Below, in pieces: positions 26,597 to 37,481 of a stretch of DNA of 64,000 nucleotides. Made by a program: the position numbers and the translations under genes. The notes under the pieces are model-generated. The model saw only the letters and a program-made list of their open reading frames with translations, did no database searches and was not told where the DNA came from. Position 1 is the first letter of the stretch, and each line of letters starts with the position of its first letter. Source of the DNA: Oscillospiraceae bacterium (lineage in GTDB: Bacteria; Bacillota; Clostridia; UMGS1883); the NCBI GenBank assembly GCA_015068735.1, contig SVJW01000006.1:519-64518 (forward strand). Direction: 5' to 3'.

Positions 26597-27454
26597 ATGA
26601 AAAAATTTGATTATGATTTATTACTTTCAAAAAGCAGATTTTACACTCACTATATTGCAGAACAGAATTCTCAAAACCTCACTATGAAAAGTATACACAA
26701 CCATTCTCATTACGAAATTTTGTATATACCGGAGGGTGAAAGAATTCTTGTTGCGGAAAAGAATAAGTATAGACTTAACAAAAACTGTATTGCTTTGGTG
26801 CCACCATACACATTACACAGAACTTTAAAGAGCAGTGAATATACCCGTGAATATTATAAAAAATACCTTATAAATTTCACTAAAGATTTTGTTGCAAAAA
26901 TCTCAATGGCAATGGATATTGATGTTTTAGCGGCGTTTCAGCAAAACATTATTTTGATTCAGTTTGATAACGAGGAAGAAACAGATTTTGTAAAAAGTAC
27001 AATGTTGCAGATGCTTAAATATAACAATACCGGTAACTTATACGACGAGCAAATGTTCAGAGTTTTGCTATGCGGAATTTTGACATTTCTTGCAAAAAAG
27101 ACTTCAAAAGAAACGATTTATAACGAGTCTGTTGTAACGGACAAGATTGTTGAGTATATGGAAAACAATTTTGAAGAAGATATTACACTCGAAACATTGG
27201 CAAAACAATTTTTTATAAGTAAGTATGAAATCTCGCGTATGTTTACAAAAAATGTAGGAATATCATTTGTAGAATATCTTACTCGTATAAGAATTGAAAA
27301 TTCAAAAAAGTTGTTACAGGAAACCACTCTTTCCATAACACGTATATCAGAACTTACAGGTTTTCATAGCTCATCAAATTTTGCAAGAGTTTTTAAAAAG
27401 CTGACAGGAACATCTCCGAAGGAATACAGAAAAGGAGAAAATGACATCGAATGA
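26597..27454 (+). CDS. AraC-family transcriptional regulator of the PUL
   Basis: HNHSHYEILY cupin; ISELTGFHSSSNFARVFKKLTGTSP HTH. Confidence 0.95.
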   Translation: MKKFDYDLLLSKSRFYTHYIAEQNSQNLTMKSIHNHSHYEILYIPEGERILVAEKNKYRLNKNCIALVPPYTLHRTLKSSEYTREYYKKYLINFTKDFVAKISMAMDIDVLAAFQQNIILIQFDNEEETDFVKSTMLQMLKYNNTGNLYDEQMFRVLLCGILTFLAKKTSKETIYNESVVTDKIVEYMENNFEEDITLETLAKQFFISKYEISRMFTKNVGISFVEYLTRIRIENSKKLLQETTLSITRISELTGFHSSSNFARVFKKLTGTSPKEYRKGENDIE

Positions 27455-27534
27455 TAAGAACAATTAACGAGCTTATTTCTAAAATTTAAAAAAGTAAAAA
27501 ATTAATGAAATAAGAATTTCAAATGGGTGGTAGT

Positions 27535-30114
27535 ATGATAAAGCGTCTCAAGGAATGCATTGATAACAACTATGATAACAGAATAGCACCGTTCTTATGG
27601 CTTCATGGGGAAGATGACTCGCTGATTCTTGATGAAATTGACAAAATATATGACTCATCAATCAGAGGAATATGTGTTGAATCCCGCACTCATGAAGACT
27701 TTGGCAATAAGGAATGGTGGGATGATTTAAAACTCATTCTTAATCATTGCAAAGAGAAGGATATGAAAGTGTGGATATTGGACGACAAACACTTTCCCAG
27801 TGGATACGCAAACGGATCTTTTCGTGAAAAGTATGCACATCTTCAACGCAGAGATATTACGACCAGGCATATTGATGTAGTAGGTCCAATGTCGGAAGCG
27901 AGCTTTTTGGCTGACGCGTGGAAAGAATCCGAGGATGAGGAAATTATCGCAGCGATTCTGTGCAAAAGAACCCCTGAAAGTGGTTATTATACTGCAGAAG
28001 ATACCATAGACGTTACAAATATGCTGAAAGACGGTATTCTGTATACAGACATTCCTGAAGGATATTGGCGAGTTGTATTTGTTATAAGTGCATTTGACAA
28101 AGAACCGTATTTCAGATACTATTCCGATAAATTAAATCCGACGGCAACGGACGTAATTATCGATGAAATTTATGAACCACACTATCGTGAATTAGGCAAA
28201 TATTTCGGTAACACCCTTGTTGGCTTTTTTAGTGATGAACCCGGATTCCATAACAATATGGGCAAAAAGTTAGTTACAGAATTGGGAGAACCAAAGGATT
28301 TTTATCCGTGGGGAAACTCTTTAAAGGAGGCTTTTGTACAAAAATTCGGGGAACATTTCAGGGAAAGAATTGTCGATTTGTTTTTTGATGTCGGACATCG
28401 CTCAAGAGAAACAAGAGAGTTCTATATGGACTCAATCAGTATGATATACAGCCGAAATTATACCGAAAAGTTGGCAGAATGGTGTAATAATCACAATGTC
28501 CAATTTATTGGGCACATTATAGAAGACAATAACGCAGCCTTCAGGACGGGAGCTACCGGAGGCAATTATTTCAGGGCACTGGAAGGGCAGGACATGAGCG
28601 GAATTGACGTAGTTTCCGGTCAGCTTGTTCCGGGGATGGACGATATAGACTATATATACGACTCTGAATTTTTTTCTTACGGTGACCATCGATTCTTCCG
28701 CTATACTCTTGCAAAACTGGCATCATCTATGGCACATACCAATAAAAAAATGAATGGAAATGCTATGTGTGAAATGTTTGGAAATTACGGGTGGTCAGAA
28801 GGAACAAAAACTATGAAATGGCTTACCGATTTTATGCTGGTTCGTGGAATAAACTACTTTGTTCCTCATGCATTTTCTCCAAAAGAGAATGACACGGATT
28901 GTCCGCCAAACTTCTATGCGAGAGGACAAAATCCTCAGTTTAAATATTTCAAAAATGTAATGTCTCATATGAATCGTGGGGCACATTTGCTTACGTATGG
29001 GATGCCGGTAATAAGCTGCGGAGTTCTGTACGACACCGAAGTCAGGTGGAACGGAGGCAAATTCCTTTCGTGTGACAAAATTGCCGAAAAGCTTTTGAAC
29101 AGTCAGATTGATTTTGATTATATCTGCCACGATTATCTCATAAATGCAGAAATATCGGACGGAATTGTAAAGATAGGACCTGCCTGCTACAAAACAATTA
29201 TAGTTCCATACGCAGAATATATGCCCGAAAAAATTTTAGAACGTCTTACCGATGTTGAAAGGGCAGGCGTTGAAATAATCTGGGTGGATGGTACTTCGGA
29301 ATATACAACAAGCGGAGAAAAAGCAAAAAAATATTTCACAAAAGCAAATCCTGTCTTTCTTTCCGATTTAACGGACTTACTTTATGAAAAAGATATTTTT
29401 GATGTGAAACTTGACTCACCTGAATCAAAGATAAAATTCTGTCACAGAAGAAATGCAGATGAAAATACATACTTTTTTGTAAATGAGAATATTCACGAAA
29501 ACACAGACATAAGAGTTATGGCAAAAGGGTTTTCGGGTGGAAATTATATCGTGTACGATTCGTTTACAAACGAAGTTTACAAAAAGTATTCTGAGGATGG
29601 AACAATTGAATTGAGCTTTTCACCTTATCAATCTCTTTTTGTCATTACGGGAACTGATTGTAACGGATTTACTGCTTGGAAAGAACACAGAAAGGTTGTA
29701 GAAAAGGAGTTTTTTGACTATAACCTCAGTCTGGCAAGTCCGGGAGAACCCTTTATCCCATACAAACACCTTTCAAAGCCCGTAAATGTTACCGGTGCAA
29801 ATGAGGTGAAAGATTTTAGCGGGCATATGCGCTATGAGGGAAGCTTTTTCCTGGAGACAGAAGGGGATTATGAAATTGATCTGGGCAGAGTAGGTGAAGC
29901 TGTTGAGCTTTGGGTTAACGGCAAAAAAATTGGCGAGAGAATTTGTCCGCCATATAGTTTTGATATAAGCAAAGCTGTGAAAAAAGGTGAAAACCATATT
30001 GTAATTACTGTATCTAATACTTTGGTTTTTAAACAAAAAAATGGATGTTCGCGCTTCTTTGCTGTGGAACCATCCGGTCTTTTGGATTACAGTCGTATAT
30101 ATAGACTTATATAA
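27535..30114 (+). CDS. GH106-like (alpha-L-rhamnosidase-like) glycoside hydrolase
   Basis: APFLWLHGE, WILDDKHFPSG, GFFSDEP, CEMFGNYGW, RGINYFVPHAF, C-terminal GH2-type beta-sandwich (ELWVNG...PPY...GEN...VSNTL...PSGLL). Confidence 0.78.
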   Translation: MIKRLKECIDNNYDNRIAPFLWLHGEDDSLILDEIDKIYDSSIRGICVESRTHEDFGNKEWWDDLKLILNHCKEKDMKVWILDDKHFPSGYANGSFREKYAHLQRRDITTRHIDVVGPMSEASFLADAWKESEDEEIIAAILCKRTPESGYYTAEDTIDVTNMLKDGILYTDIPEGYWRVVFVISAFDKEPYFRYYSDKLNPTATDVIIDEIYEPHYRELGKYFGNTLVGFFSDEPGFHNNMGKKLVTELGEPKDFYPWGNSLKEAFVQKFGEHFRERIVDLFFDVGHRSRETREFYMDSISMIYSRNYTEKLAEWCNNHNVQFIGHIIEDNNAAFRTGATGGNYFRALEGQDMSGIDVVSGQLVPGMDDIDYIYDSEFFSYGDHRFFRYTLAKLASSMAHTNKKMNGNAMCEMFGNYGWSEGTKTMKWLTDFMLVRGINYFVPHAFSPKENDTDCPPNFYARGQNPQFKYFKNVMSHMNRGAHLLTYGMPVISCGVLYDTEVRWNGGKFLSCDKIAEKLLNSQIDFDYICHDYLINAEISDGIVKIGPACYKTIIVPYAEYMPEKILERLTDVERAGVEIIWVDGTSEYTTSGEKAKKYFTKANPVFLSDLTDLLYEKDIFDVKLDSPESKIKFCHRRNADENTYFFVNENIHENTDIRVMAKGFSGGNYIVYDSFTNEVYKKYSEDGTIELSFSPYQSLFVITGTDCNGFTAWKEHRKVVEKEFFDYNLSLASPGEPFIPYKHLSKPVNVTGANEVKDFSGHMRYEGSFFLETEGDYEIDLGRVGEAVELWVNGKKIGERICPPYSFDISKAVKKGENHIVITVSNTLVFKQKNGCSRFFAVEPSGLLDYSRIYRLI

Positions 30115-30150
30115 ATCAATAAGACTTACGTAAAAATAATAGACAATTAC

Positions 30151-30187
30151 GCACGGATGAGAGGTATTCATCCGTGCAATTTTTTTG
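30151..30187 (+). terminator. Intrinsic terminator
   Basis: gcacggatga-gaggtat-tcatccgtgc followed by a T-run. Confidence 0.7.
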
Positions 30188-30216
30188 CGCATATAAATAG
30201 GAAATAATTAAAAAAA

Positions 30217-30288
30217 CAAGAATTGTATAGGTTGCCCCCTTAACTTTGCAAATATTGTAATGAAAAGAAAAGAAGAAGTTTGTATAAT
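30217..30288 (+). promoter_or_regulatory. Putative AraC-activated promoter (direct-repeat operator)
   Basis: CAAGAATTGTA and CAAATATTGTA 32 bp apart, then ATGAAA-17-TATAAT. Confidence 0.65.
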
Positions 30289-30331
30289 TAATTTATACGA
30301 TAGGGCTTTTGTCAGAAAAAGGAGTGGTACT

Positions 30332-33013
30332 ATGAAGAAAAAAACAAGAAAAATTTCAAGTAAAGTCATTGCTTTGGTTGTGATGATGATAATTTCTATT
30401 GCTCTTATTCCAGGGGGAAGTACTGCATATGCCAAAACAGAAAGTGTATCAGGCTATGAGTTATTACTTAACCGTATAGGAATTTCTGCGGAATATGATG
30501 AAAACGCATATATCACAAGAGGAGATTTTGCTGTTTTGGCAGTTCAGGCGTTTAAGGCCGAGCCATATTACGGTGAAGCTTGCTTTACTGATATAAGCGG
30601 AGAACAGGGTGCATACATAAATACCGCGGTTCAGCTTGGATTTGTTTCCAAGAATGATAGCGGATTGTTCTATCCCGATCGTATCATTACATTGAATGAA
30701 GCAACAGCAATGTGCATACGCCTTTTAGGTTATGGAGATGTTATCAGTGGTGCTGATGCATATCCCACAAAGTATGTTGCACAGGCAAACAAGTTGAAGC
30801 TGTACGAGGGATTGTCCTCAGGTGAACAGTTGACCGGGGCAGATGCAGCAAAGCTTATATTCAATACGCTTGACAGTAACTATATAGAGCAGGTCATTCA
30901 TAAGGCAAATACTGAAAATGAATATAGACTTAGTAACAGCACATACCTTATCGACAAATTTAACGTAAAGAAAAGAACAGGAATTATTACTGCTATTAAC
31001 GAAACGGCACTGAACGGACATTCAAGTGTTGAAGCAGAGTATTTGACAATTGACTCCCGCAAGTATCTTAATCCTTATTATTCCGGATTTGCTTATTACA
31101 CTTATCTTGGAAGACGTGTAGATTACTATACGATGGAAAAAGACGGTGAAACTGAGGTTATCTACATCAAGGATAGAAGCAATCCTGAAGTGGTAAACTT
31201 TACGGATGTGGAAAAAGTAAGTGGTTTTAATCCTGAAGATTCAGCTACAGACAGAAATATGCCTAAGCTGACTTACAAAAATGAAAACGGAAAAAATGAA
31301 ATCGCAAATATAAAAGCTGATGCTACAATCCTTGTTAACGGAGAAAAGAAACTTGTAATCACTAACGAAGATTTTAATCTTCCATCAGGACAGATTACGC
31401 TTATTGACCGTGACGGCGATAAAAAGTATGACGTTGTTGCTATTGAACAGCACACTTACTGCCGTGTAGATTATTTTGATCCTACGACAGGTAAACTTGA
31501 AATTGAAGAAGGAGAAGTATTCCTCGATGTTGATGACTTTGACGAAGGTGATATTGTTCTTTTGGCAGGTGGCAGAGAAGTCGGAACTGAAATTCTGGTA
31601 GAGGATGTAGTACTCCAGATAATGTGCACGTATAAAGAAAATGGAGAGGTTGACACAGATAAAGCAGTTGTTATGTCTCTGAAAAATCAGACGGTGGAGG
31701 GAGCTATAGAATCCATCGACGATGAGGGTAGATTTGAAATTAACGGTGTGATCTACAAGCTGATGCCGAATCTTGTTGATGAACTGTCAATCCGTATGGG
31801 GCAGAAAACCATATTTTACCTTGGTAACGATAATCTGATTGTTTACTACAAGGACTTTTATGATAAAGTTGCTCTTACTTACAGCTATCTGGTAGATGTA
31901 GAAAGAGATGTTACCGGCTCCCGTGGAAAAGTGTATTTTCTCATCTATACAGAGGATGAAGAGATGGAGTATTTCTCTGTAGCAGATAAGATTAAGTTCA
32001 CAGGAATGTATGAAGGCAACTATGTGGTAGGAAAAAATGTTAAAAGAGAAAAGGTTCAGCAATTGATTCAACCCAGACAGCTTATAAGATATAATCTCAA
32101 CGAAAAAGAAGAAGTAGAATATGTTGAGCTTGCTTACGACCACAGTGTCGAAACAGATTATAAGGGATTTGATGAAAACCGATTCTCTCTTGACTACGCA
32201 TCAAGAAGTGCATTCCTTTATCAGCGCTATGTAGGTCCCAACTACAAATCTAACTCTCATACGGTTTACTTTTATGTGGACAGCACCAGCACAAATGAAG
32301 AAGACTTCAGTTGTTACCATTACATTGACCTGGGTCATCAGGTAGATGGTGCGAAGGTAAAAGTTTACGATTCGGATACACTCCTTCAACCTACGATTGT
32401 TGTTATTGAAGATTATCCGCAGAGCAGTATGAGAGAACAAGATAACTGCGGAAGCTTTACTATAGTAACAAATAAGCGATATAGTGAAAACAAAGACGGC
32501 GACTGGGTAACCACATTTGATACTTATCAGGGAAATACATATGTGGTAGAGAGTGACGATATAACGCCTTTAAACCGAGCACATTACAATACCCCTACTA
32601 CAATAACAAACATTTCACAGATTCAAAACGGTGATATTATCAAATTCGGCAGACGTAAAAATGGTGAAGTTGACAGGTTTATCATGGTCAGCGAATATGA
32701 TGAAACACACACAGAGTCTTCATGGAGTGCGAATGCAAACGATTTTGAATCTCAGCCTCATATGGCAGAAATCCAGTATGTTAAAGGTAAAATCACTTCA
32801 TTTGTTCCCAACAGTCACCTTATGGTAGAGTGTGAAGACAATCAGAAATTCACATTCTCCAGACGTTCTCTTACTTATATTGAGTATGATGTAATGACAG
32901 ACACAGTAACTTATTCCTCATCATTGCCCAGACTTACAGTCGGAGACTATGTATGGTTCCAGGCGTCAGAAGGATGTGAAATCAATACAATAGTTCGTTA
33001 TATTAACGAGTAA
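30332..33013 (+). CDS. Secreted S-layer-homology (SLH) protein, S-layer-like
   Basis: Signal peptide; SLH-like ITRGDFA, FTDI...AVQLGFV...FYPDRIITLNEA; acidic beta-rich body. Confidence 0.8.
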   Translation: MKKKTRKISSKVIALVVMMIISIALIPGGSTAYAKTESVSGYELLLNRIGISAEYDENAYITRGDFAVLAVQAFKAEPYYGEACFTDISGEQGAYINTAVQLGFVSKNDSGLFYPDRIITLNEATAMCIRLLGYGDVISGADAYPTKYVAQANKLKLYEGLSSGEQLTGADAAKLIFNTLDSNYIEQVIHKANTENEYRLSNSTYLIDKFNVKKRTGIITAINETALNGHSSVEAEYLTIDSRKYLNPYYSGFAYYTYLGRRVDYYTMEKDGETEVIYIKDRSNPEVVNFTDVEKVSGFNPEDSATDRNMPKLTYKNENGKNEIANIKADATILVNGEKKLVITNEDFNLPSGQITLIDRDGDKKYDVVAIEQHTYCRVDYFDPTTGKLEIEEGEVFLDVDDFDEGDIVLLAGGREVGTEILVEDVVLQIMCTYKENGEVDTDKAVVMSLKNQTVEGAIESIDDEGRFEINGVIYKLMPNLVDELSIRMGQKTIFYLGNDNLIVYYKDFYDKVALTYSYLVDVERDVTGSRGKVYFLIYTEDEEMEYFSVADKIKFTGMYEGNYVVGKNVKREKVQQLIQPRQLIRYNLNEKEEVEYVELAYDHSVETDYKGFDENRFSLDYASRSAFLYQRYVGPNYKSNSHTVYFYVDSTSTNEEDFSCYHYIDLGHQVDGAKVKVYDSDTLLQPTIVVIEDYPQSSMREQDNCGSFTIVTNKRYSENKDGDWVTTFDTYQGNTYVVESDDITPLNRAHYNTPTTITNISQIQNGDIIKFGRRKNGEVDRFIMVSEYDETHTESSWSANANDFESQPHMAEIQYVKGKITSFVPNSHLMVECEDNQKFTFSRRSLTYIEYDVMTDTVTYSSSLPRLTVGDYVWFQASEGCEINTIVRYINE

Positions 33014-33044
33014 GTTACAGCTTAGATGTATAGGAGGAAAAAAT

Positions 33045-36000
33045 ATGAAAAGCATATTAAAATATAAAATTCTTTCTTTCATCCTGGCCATAAGCATTGT
33101 TTTTTCGTGCGTTCCTGCATTTGCAAGAATAGCAGAAGACTACATTATGGATGAGGATTTTGAGAGATTTTCGACATCATCATATTTGAAAAATGAAGGA
33201 TTTATTGTATGGCATGGTGCATCGATAGGGACAGATGGGGATAATAATTATCTTGTTCTGAACCGTACAGATTCGGGTACAGATTCGCAAATTGCAGTAG
33301 AATTGTCTGCAGAACCTTCTGCTGATAAGGTCATCGTAAGTCTTGACTTTATGATGCCGGAAGATCCTGCAAGTTATGATGCATGGCTGTTTGGTGTTCT
33401 CAATGACTCAGACCGTGCAAAAGCAGTATCAAACACCTTGCTTAATGGTGGAAAGCTTTATGACGGAGCAAGCGCTGACAGTTCTCAGGTTGTGAATTCA
33501 AGATTTGCAGAAGATAAATGGTACAAGGCATTTATGGTTGTAGATCTTGAAAATGATACTTACACCGTTTACAGCGGAGGTTCCAAGAGTGAGATAAAGG
33601 ATTTCCAGTCAACGAAGTCCTATACAAAAACAAATATCTTCTTCAATGTAAGAGTAAAGTCTATGGAAACACCTCTTTACATCGATAATGTTGAAGTATT
33701 CCCTGTAACAAATGAGAGTTTTGAAGTTGCATATCTTCAGGCAACAAGCGTTCTTATGGAAAGCGAAGTTGGTTATGAAGACGGACAATATCCGGAAACT
33801 GCGTATAATATCTTCAAATCCTGCTATGACGAGGTCGATGCAGTTGTGGAGAATGGATCCGTTTCTTCCTCACAGGCGACAGAATTGGCAGAAAAGCTTA
33901 ATAGTGCAACAGAGAAATTTATTGCTTCCCGAATTGATGAATCAGCAGTAGACGGCGCAGCAAGATATATCCTTTTTGAGACTCCCGACGAAATTGCGGT
34001 AGGTGACGAAGAATTTTCCCGTCAGCTTGTTGCAAAGACATACGATAGCGCAAATCAGCTTGTTAATAGTGAGATTGCCTGGGAAATTGAAGAAGCTCCT
34101 GTAGGAGTTTCACTTTCAGGAAATACTCTTACCATTGCCGGCGGTGTCAGAGGTGATATAGTTCTTAAGGCAACAGCAGGCGATATTTATGACTACTGCA
34201 CAATAAGTCTTACTGAGGGTAGAAAAATAAGAACTATGGATGTTGAAAGTTCAAACGGAACTATTACAGTAAAAGGTTCTTTTGAAAGCAAACCTCTTGA
34301 AAATGTAACTATATCGGTTACAGGTGATGATATATCTGAAGAAGGTAACCTTACCGTAAATTCCGATGCAAGTTTCACATGGAATGTAAATGTTGGTGCT
34401 GATAAGGCATATCAGTTTATAACAGTTCGTGTTATGGGAAATGATACAGCTCCTTATAGCTTAACGGTTCCCTTCTACGGAGTTGGCTGGGAAGAAGCGG
34501 TTCTCGAAGCTTTCAACGGTGCAGCATCACAAGATGATATTGAAGAACTTGTTAAAACTTATAGCGTAGGAATAGGGATAGACCTTGCAAATTATACAGC
34601 AAATCAGTCTGAATATGACAGTGTTATATACGGTGGAATTCCCTATGCTGACCTTCCTGAAATGACAGAGCGTATTAAAGCTTTTGAATGTGTTCTTGCA
34701 TTCAGGCAGGCAACAAGTGACAACATAAAGTCTGTCATAGAGCAAAATGCTGATTTCTTGGCAGAGATTGGATTTGACGTTGAGGCATTTGAAAGCTTAA
34801 GCGACGACCAGGAAGTTATATTCTACGCAACAGTAATGGATATTACTATAGATGCCGACACTACAGTAGAGGATATTGTAGCATCGCTTAACGAAATTCT
34901 TGATAATATGAACACTCCATCAGGAGCCCTTGGTACATCAAAAGTTGTCGAGACGATTTTAAGTGATAACTTTGAAGTCTATGATATAGGTACTTCCATC
35001 GGTGGCGGCGGTTATATCAGATGGGGCGGTGACAGCGTTCAGGGAGATAGTAATAACCAATATCTTCAGATGCTTCGTGAAGCTGATTCCAGAGCCAGAG
35101 TGGCAATGGAATTTGAAGAAGAGCCCGATGCTGACGAATTGATCCTCAGTTGGGACTTTATGATGCCTTATGCTCCTGACCGATATAATGCAGACTTAAT
35201 GGGTGTTTTATCAGATGACGGTAACAGACCCTCTGTATGCATCTATTTGGAAGATGGCGTTATATACGACGGAAAGAATACAAGCACAAACCCCGTTAAG
35301 ACAGGACTTAAGCAAGGCAAATGGTATAACGCATTTTTGCATGTAGATCTTGTAAATGATACATATACTCTCTATATTGACGAATTTAACAGCGAAGTAT
35401 GCAACTTCCAGACAGCGGTACAGGTGAAGACAGATATATTTTTCAATCTGGAAAACTATGAGTATAATGTTCCTCTTTACTATGATAACTTTGAATTATC
35501 TGCAATAAAGCATAGTAATCTTGCCGTAGCATTATACAGAGCAAAAAGCATAATGAATAACAGTGAAGTAGGCTATTCAAACGGGCAGTATCCACAGACA
35601 GCCTATAATATGTTGGAGAATACATACAACACTATGCTGAAGGCATCTTGCGATGAAAATATGACAGCAGAGCAGGCGGATGTTTATGCAAATGCTGTAA
35701 ACGACGCTATTGAAAAGTTTAAAAGTAATAAGATAGGCTCCGGTTCAAGTAGTAATGCCAGCTACATACTTTTTGATATTCCCGGTGCAATAGGTGTCGA
35801 TAATACATTGGGTTATACCCGCGAACTTAATGCCCAGGTATATAATTCCTCCAACAGCTCCATTAATACTCCTATTACATGGTCTCTTGCAGAGAACTAT
35901 CAGGGCGTATCAATAACAGGAAACAGACTTAATGTAAATGCAGGTGTACGCGGAGATATAGTTGTCCGTGCAACGGCAGGCAGTATATATGATCAACATA

Positions 36001-37463
36001 CAATAAAACTTGTAGACTGCAAGGAATTTAAAACATTGGATATTGACAGCAGAAACGGAAAAGTAAGTGTTACAGGAAAACTCAGTGCGCAGCCTCTTGA
36101 AGATATCAATGTTTCTGTTGAAGGAAACGGTGTTGATTTAGATGGCGTTCTTACGGTAGCGGAAGATAATACCTTCTCATGGTCACAGAATGTAGATGCA
36201 TCCCTTCCTTACGGAACTATTACGGTTACATTGGAAGGCTTTGATACACCGCAGGTTCAGAAGGTAGTTCCTTTCTACGGTGTAGATTGGGAAGATGCAG
36301 TACTCGCTGAATTTAATTCAGCAACATCTACTGTAGACGTAGCTCAAAAAATTAGCATCTTCTATGTTGGTACGGAAATAGAACTTACTGAGTACAACAA
36401 ATATGCTGAAGATTACAAGAATCGCATTTATAACAGCGGTACAGATTATGCTACTTTTACTGACCTTAAGAATACCGTTGAAGATTTGCAATGTATCATT
36501 GCATTCTATGAAGCAACAAGAACGGATATTGAGTCTGTTTTCAGCGAACATATGGATTCATTGGAAAGAAACGGATTTGACAAGGCAGACTTTGAAAGCT
36601 TGACACCGGATCAAAAAACAGGACTTTACGCTTCTTCACTGGCTGTTCCCGTTGATACATCAAGCAGCAAGGTAACGGAGCTGGCAGCAGCGCTTAATAA
36701 GATTTTGGAAGATGTATCCTCTTCCGACATAATCGAGGACCCTGACGAGGACGACGACTCATCATCCAACGGTAGCTCTTCTCTCGGAGGCGGTGGTTCT
36801 TCCGGCGGTGGCGGAGGTGGTAGTTCTTCCAAAGATGATGACCTGTATGATATTGAGCTTGTTCCCGGAGAAGGTGGCGAAAATACGGAAAACACAGGAA
36901 CAGAACAAACACCTTCACAAACAGCGCAGTTTGCAGATGCGTACCTGACTCCTTGGGCAAATAATGCACTTCTCTTTGTAAGAGAAAAAGGTATTATGAT
37001 TGGAGACGGTACCAATGTTCGTCCCACAGATGTAGTTACCCGTGGTGAATTTGCAAAGATTATATCTGTTGCTTTTGAACTTGCGGAGAAAGAATCAGGA
37101 AAATCTTTTGGTGACAGCGGTAATAAATGGTGGAAAGAGTACGCAACCATCGTAAGTGCATATGGTATCATGAACGGTATCGGAGAATCCACTTTCGGCG
37201 GCGAAGAGCACATCACCCGACAGATGATGGCTGTATCTATTTATCGTGTGCTTACCGTTAAGGAAAAAGAACTTTACGACCAGAATACAGGTGTTGAGTT
37301 CAGTGACAGTGATACAATTGCAGATTACGCTAAAGAAGCAGTTGACTTTTTGGCAAGAAAAGGTGTTGTATCGGGTGTAGGTAACGGATTATTTGCACCG
37401 GAACTTCCCGTAAAAAGAGCAGAGGTTGCTCAGATTATTTACAATATACTGACATTGGAGTAA
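33045..37463 (+). CDS. Large secreted protein with two ~600-aa tandem modules and C-terminal SLH domains
   Basis: Signal peptide; internal duplication; G/S linker; three SLH repeats (VTRGEFAKI, ITRQMMA, VKRAEVAQI). Confidence 0.85.
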   Translation: MKSILKYKILSFILAISIVFSCVPAFARIAEDYIMDEDFERFSTSSYLKNEGFIVWHGASIGTDGDNNYLVLNRTDSGTDSQIAVELSAEPSADKVIVSLDFMMPEDPASYDAWLFGVLNDSDRAKAVSNTLLNGGKLYDGASADSSQVVNSRFAEDKWYKAFMVVDLENDTYTVYSGGSKSEIKDFQSTKSYTKTNIFFNVRVKSMETPLYIDNVEVFPVTNESFEVAYLQATSVLMESEVGYEDGQYPETAYNIFKSCYDEVDAVVENGSVSSSQATELAEKLNSATEKFIASRIDESAVDGAARYILFETPDEIAVGDEEFSRQLVAKTYDSANQLVNSEIAWEIEEAPVGVSLSGNTLTIAGGVRGDIVLKATAGDIYDYCTISLTEGRKIRTMDVESSNGTITVKGSFESKPLENVTISVTGDDISEEGNLTVNSDASFTWNVNVGADKAYQFITVRVMGNDTAPYSLTVPFYGVGWEEAVLEAFNGAASQDDIEELVKTYSVGIGIDLANYTANQSEYDSVIYGGIPYADLPEMTERIKAFECVLAFRQATSDNIKSVIEQNADFLAEIGFDVEAFESLSDDQEVIFYATVMDITIDADTTVEDIVASLNEILDNMNTPSGALGTSKVVETILSDNFEVYDIGTSIGGGGYIRWGGDSVQGDSNNQYLQMLREADSRARVAMEFEEEPDADELILSWDFMMPYAPDRYNADLMGVLSDDGNRPSVCIYLEDGVIYDGKNTSTNPVKTGLKQGKWYNAFLHVDLVNDTYTLYIDEFNSEVCNFQTAVQVKTDIFFNLENYEYNVPLYYDNFELSAIKHSNLAVALYRAKSIMNNSEVGYSNGQYPQTAYNMLENTYNTMLKASCDENMTAEQADVYANAVNDAIEKFKSNKIGSGSSSNASYILFDIPGAIGVDNTLGYTRELNAQVYNSSNSSINTPITWSLAENYQGVSITGNRLNVNAGVRGDIVVRATAGSIYDQHTIKLVDCKEFKTLDIDSRNGKVSVTGKLSAQPLEDINVSVEGNGVDLDGVLTVAEDNTFSWSQNVDASLPYGTITVTLEGFDTPQVQKVVPFYGVDWEDAVLAEFNSATSTVDVAQKISIFYVGTEIELTEYNKYAEDYKNRIYNSGTDYATFTDLKNTVEDLQCIIAFYEATRTDIESVFSEHMDSLERNGFDKADFESLTPDQKTGLYASSLAVPVDTSSSKVTELAAALNKILEDVSSSDIIEDPDEDDDSSSNGSSSLGGGGSSGGGGGGSSSKDDDLYDIELVPGEGGENTENTGTEQTPSQTAQFADAYLTPWANNALLFVREKGIMIGDGTNVRPTDVVTRGEFAKIISVAFELAEKESGKSFGDSGNKWWKEYATIVSAYGIMNGIGESTFGGEEHITRQMMAVSIYRVLTVKEKELYDQNTGVEFSDSDTIADYAKEAVDFLARKGVVSGVGNGLFAPELPVKRAEVAQIIYNILTLE

Positions 37464-37481
37464 AAAGAAAGGAGAATAAAT

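Noticed and set aside
36750-36835. GGC/GGT-rich low-complexity DNA as a repeat element
   Set aside because: Encodes the Asp/Ser/Gly linker preceding the SLH domains
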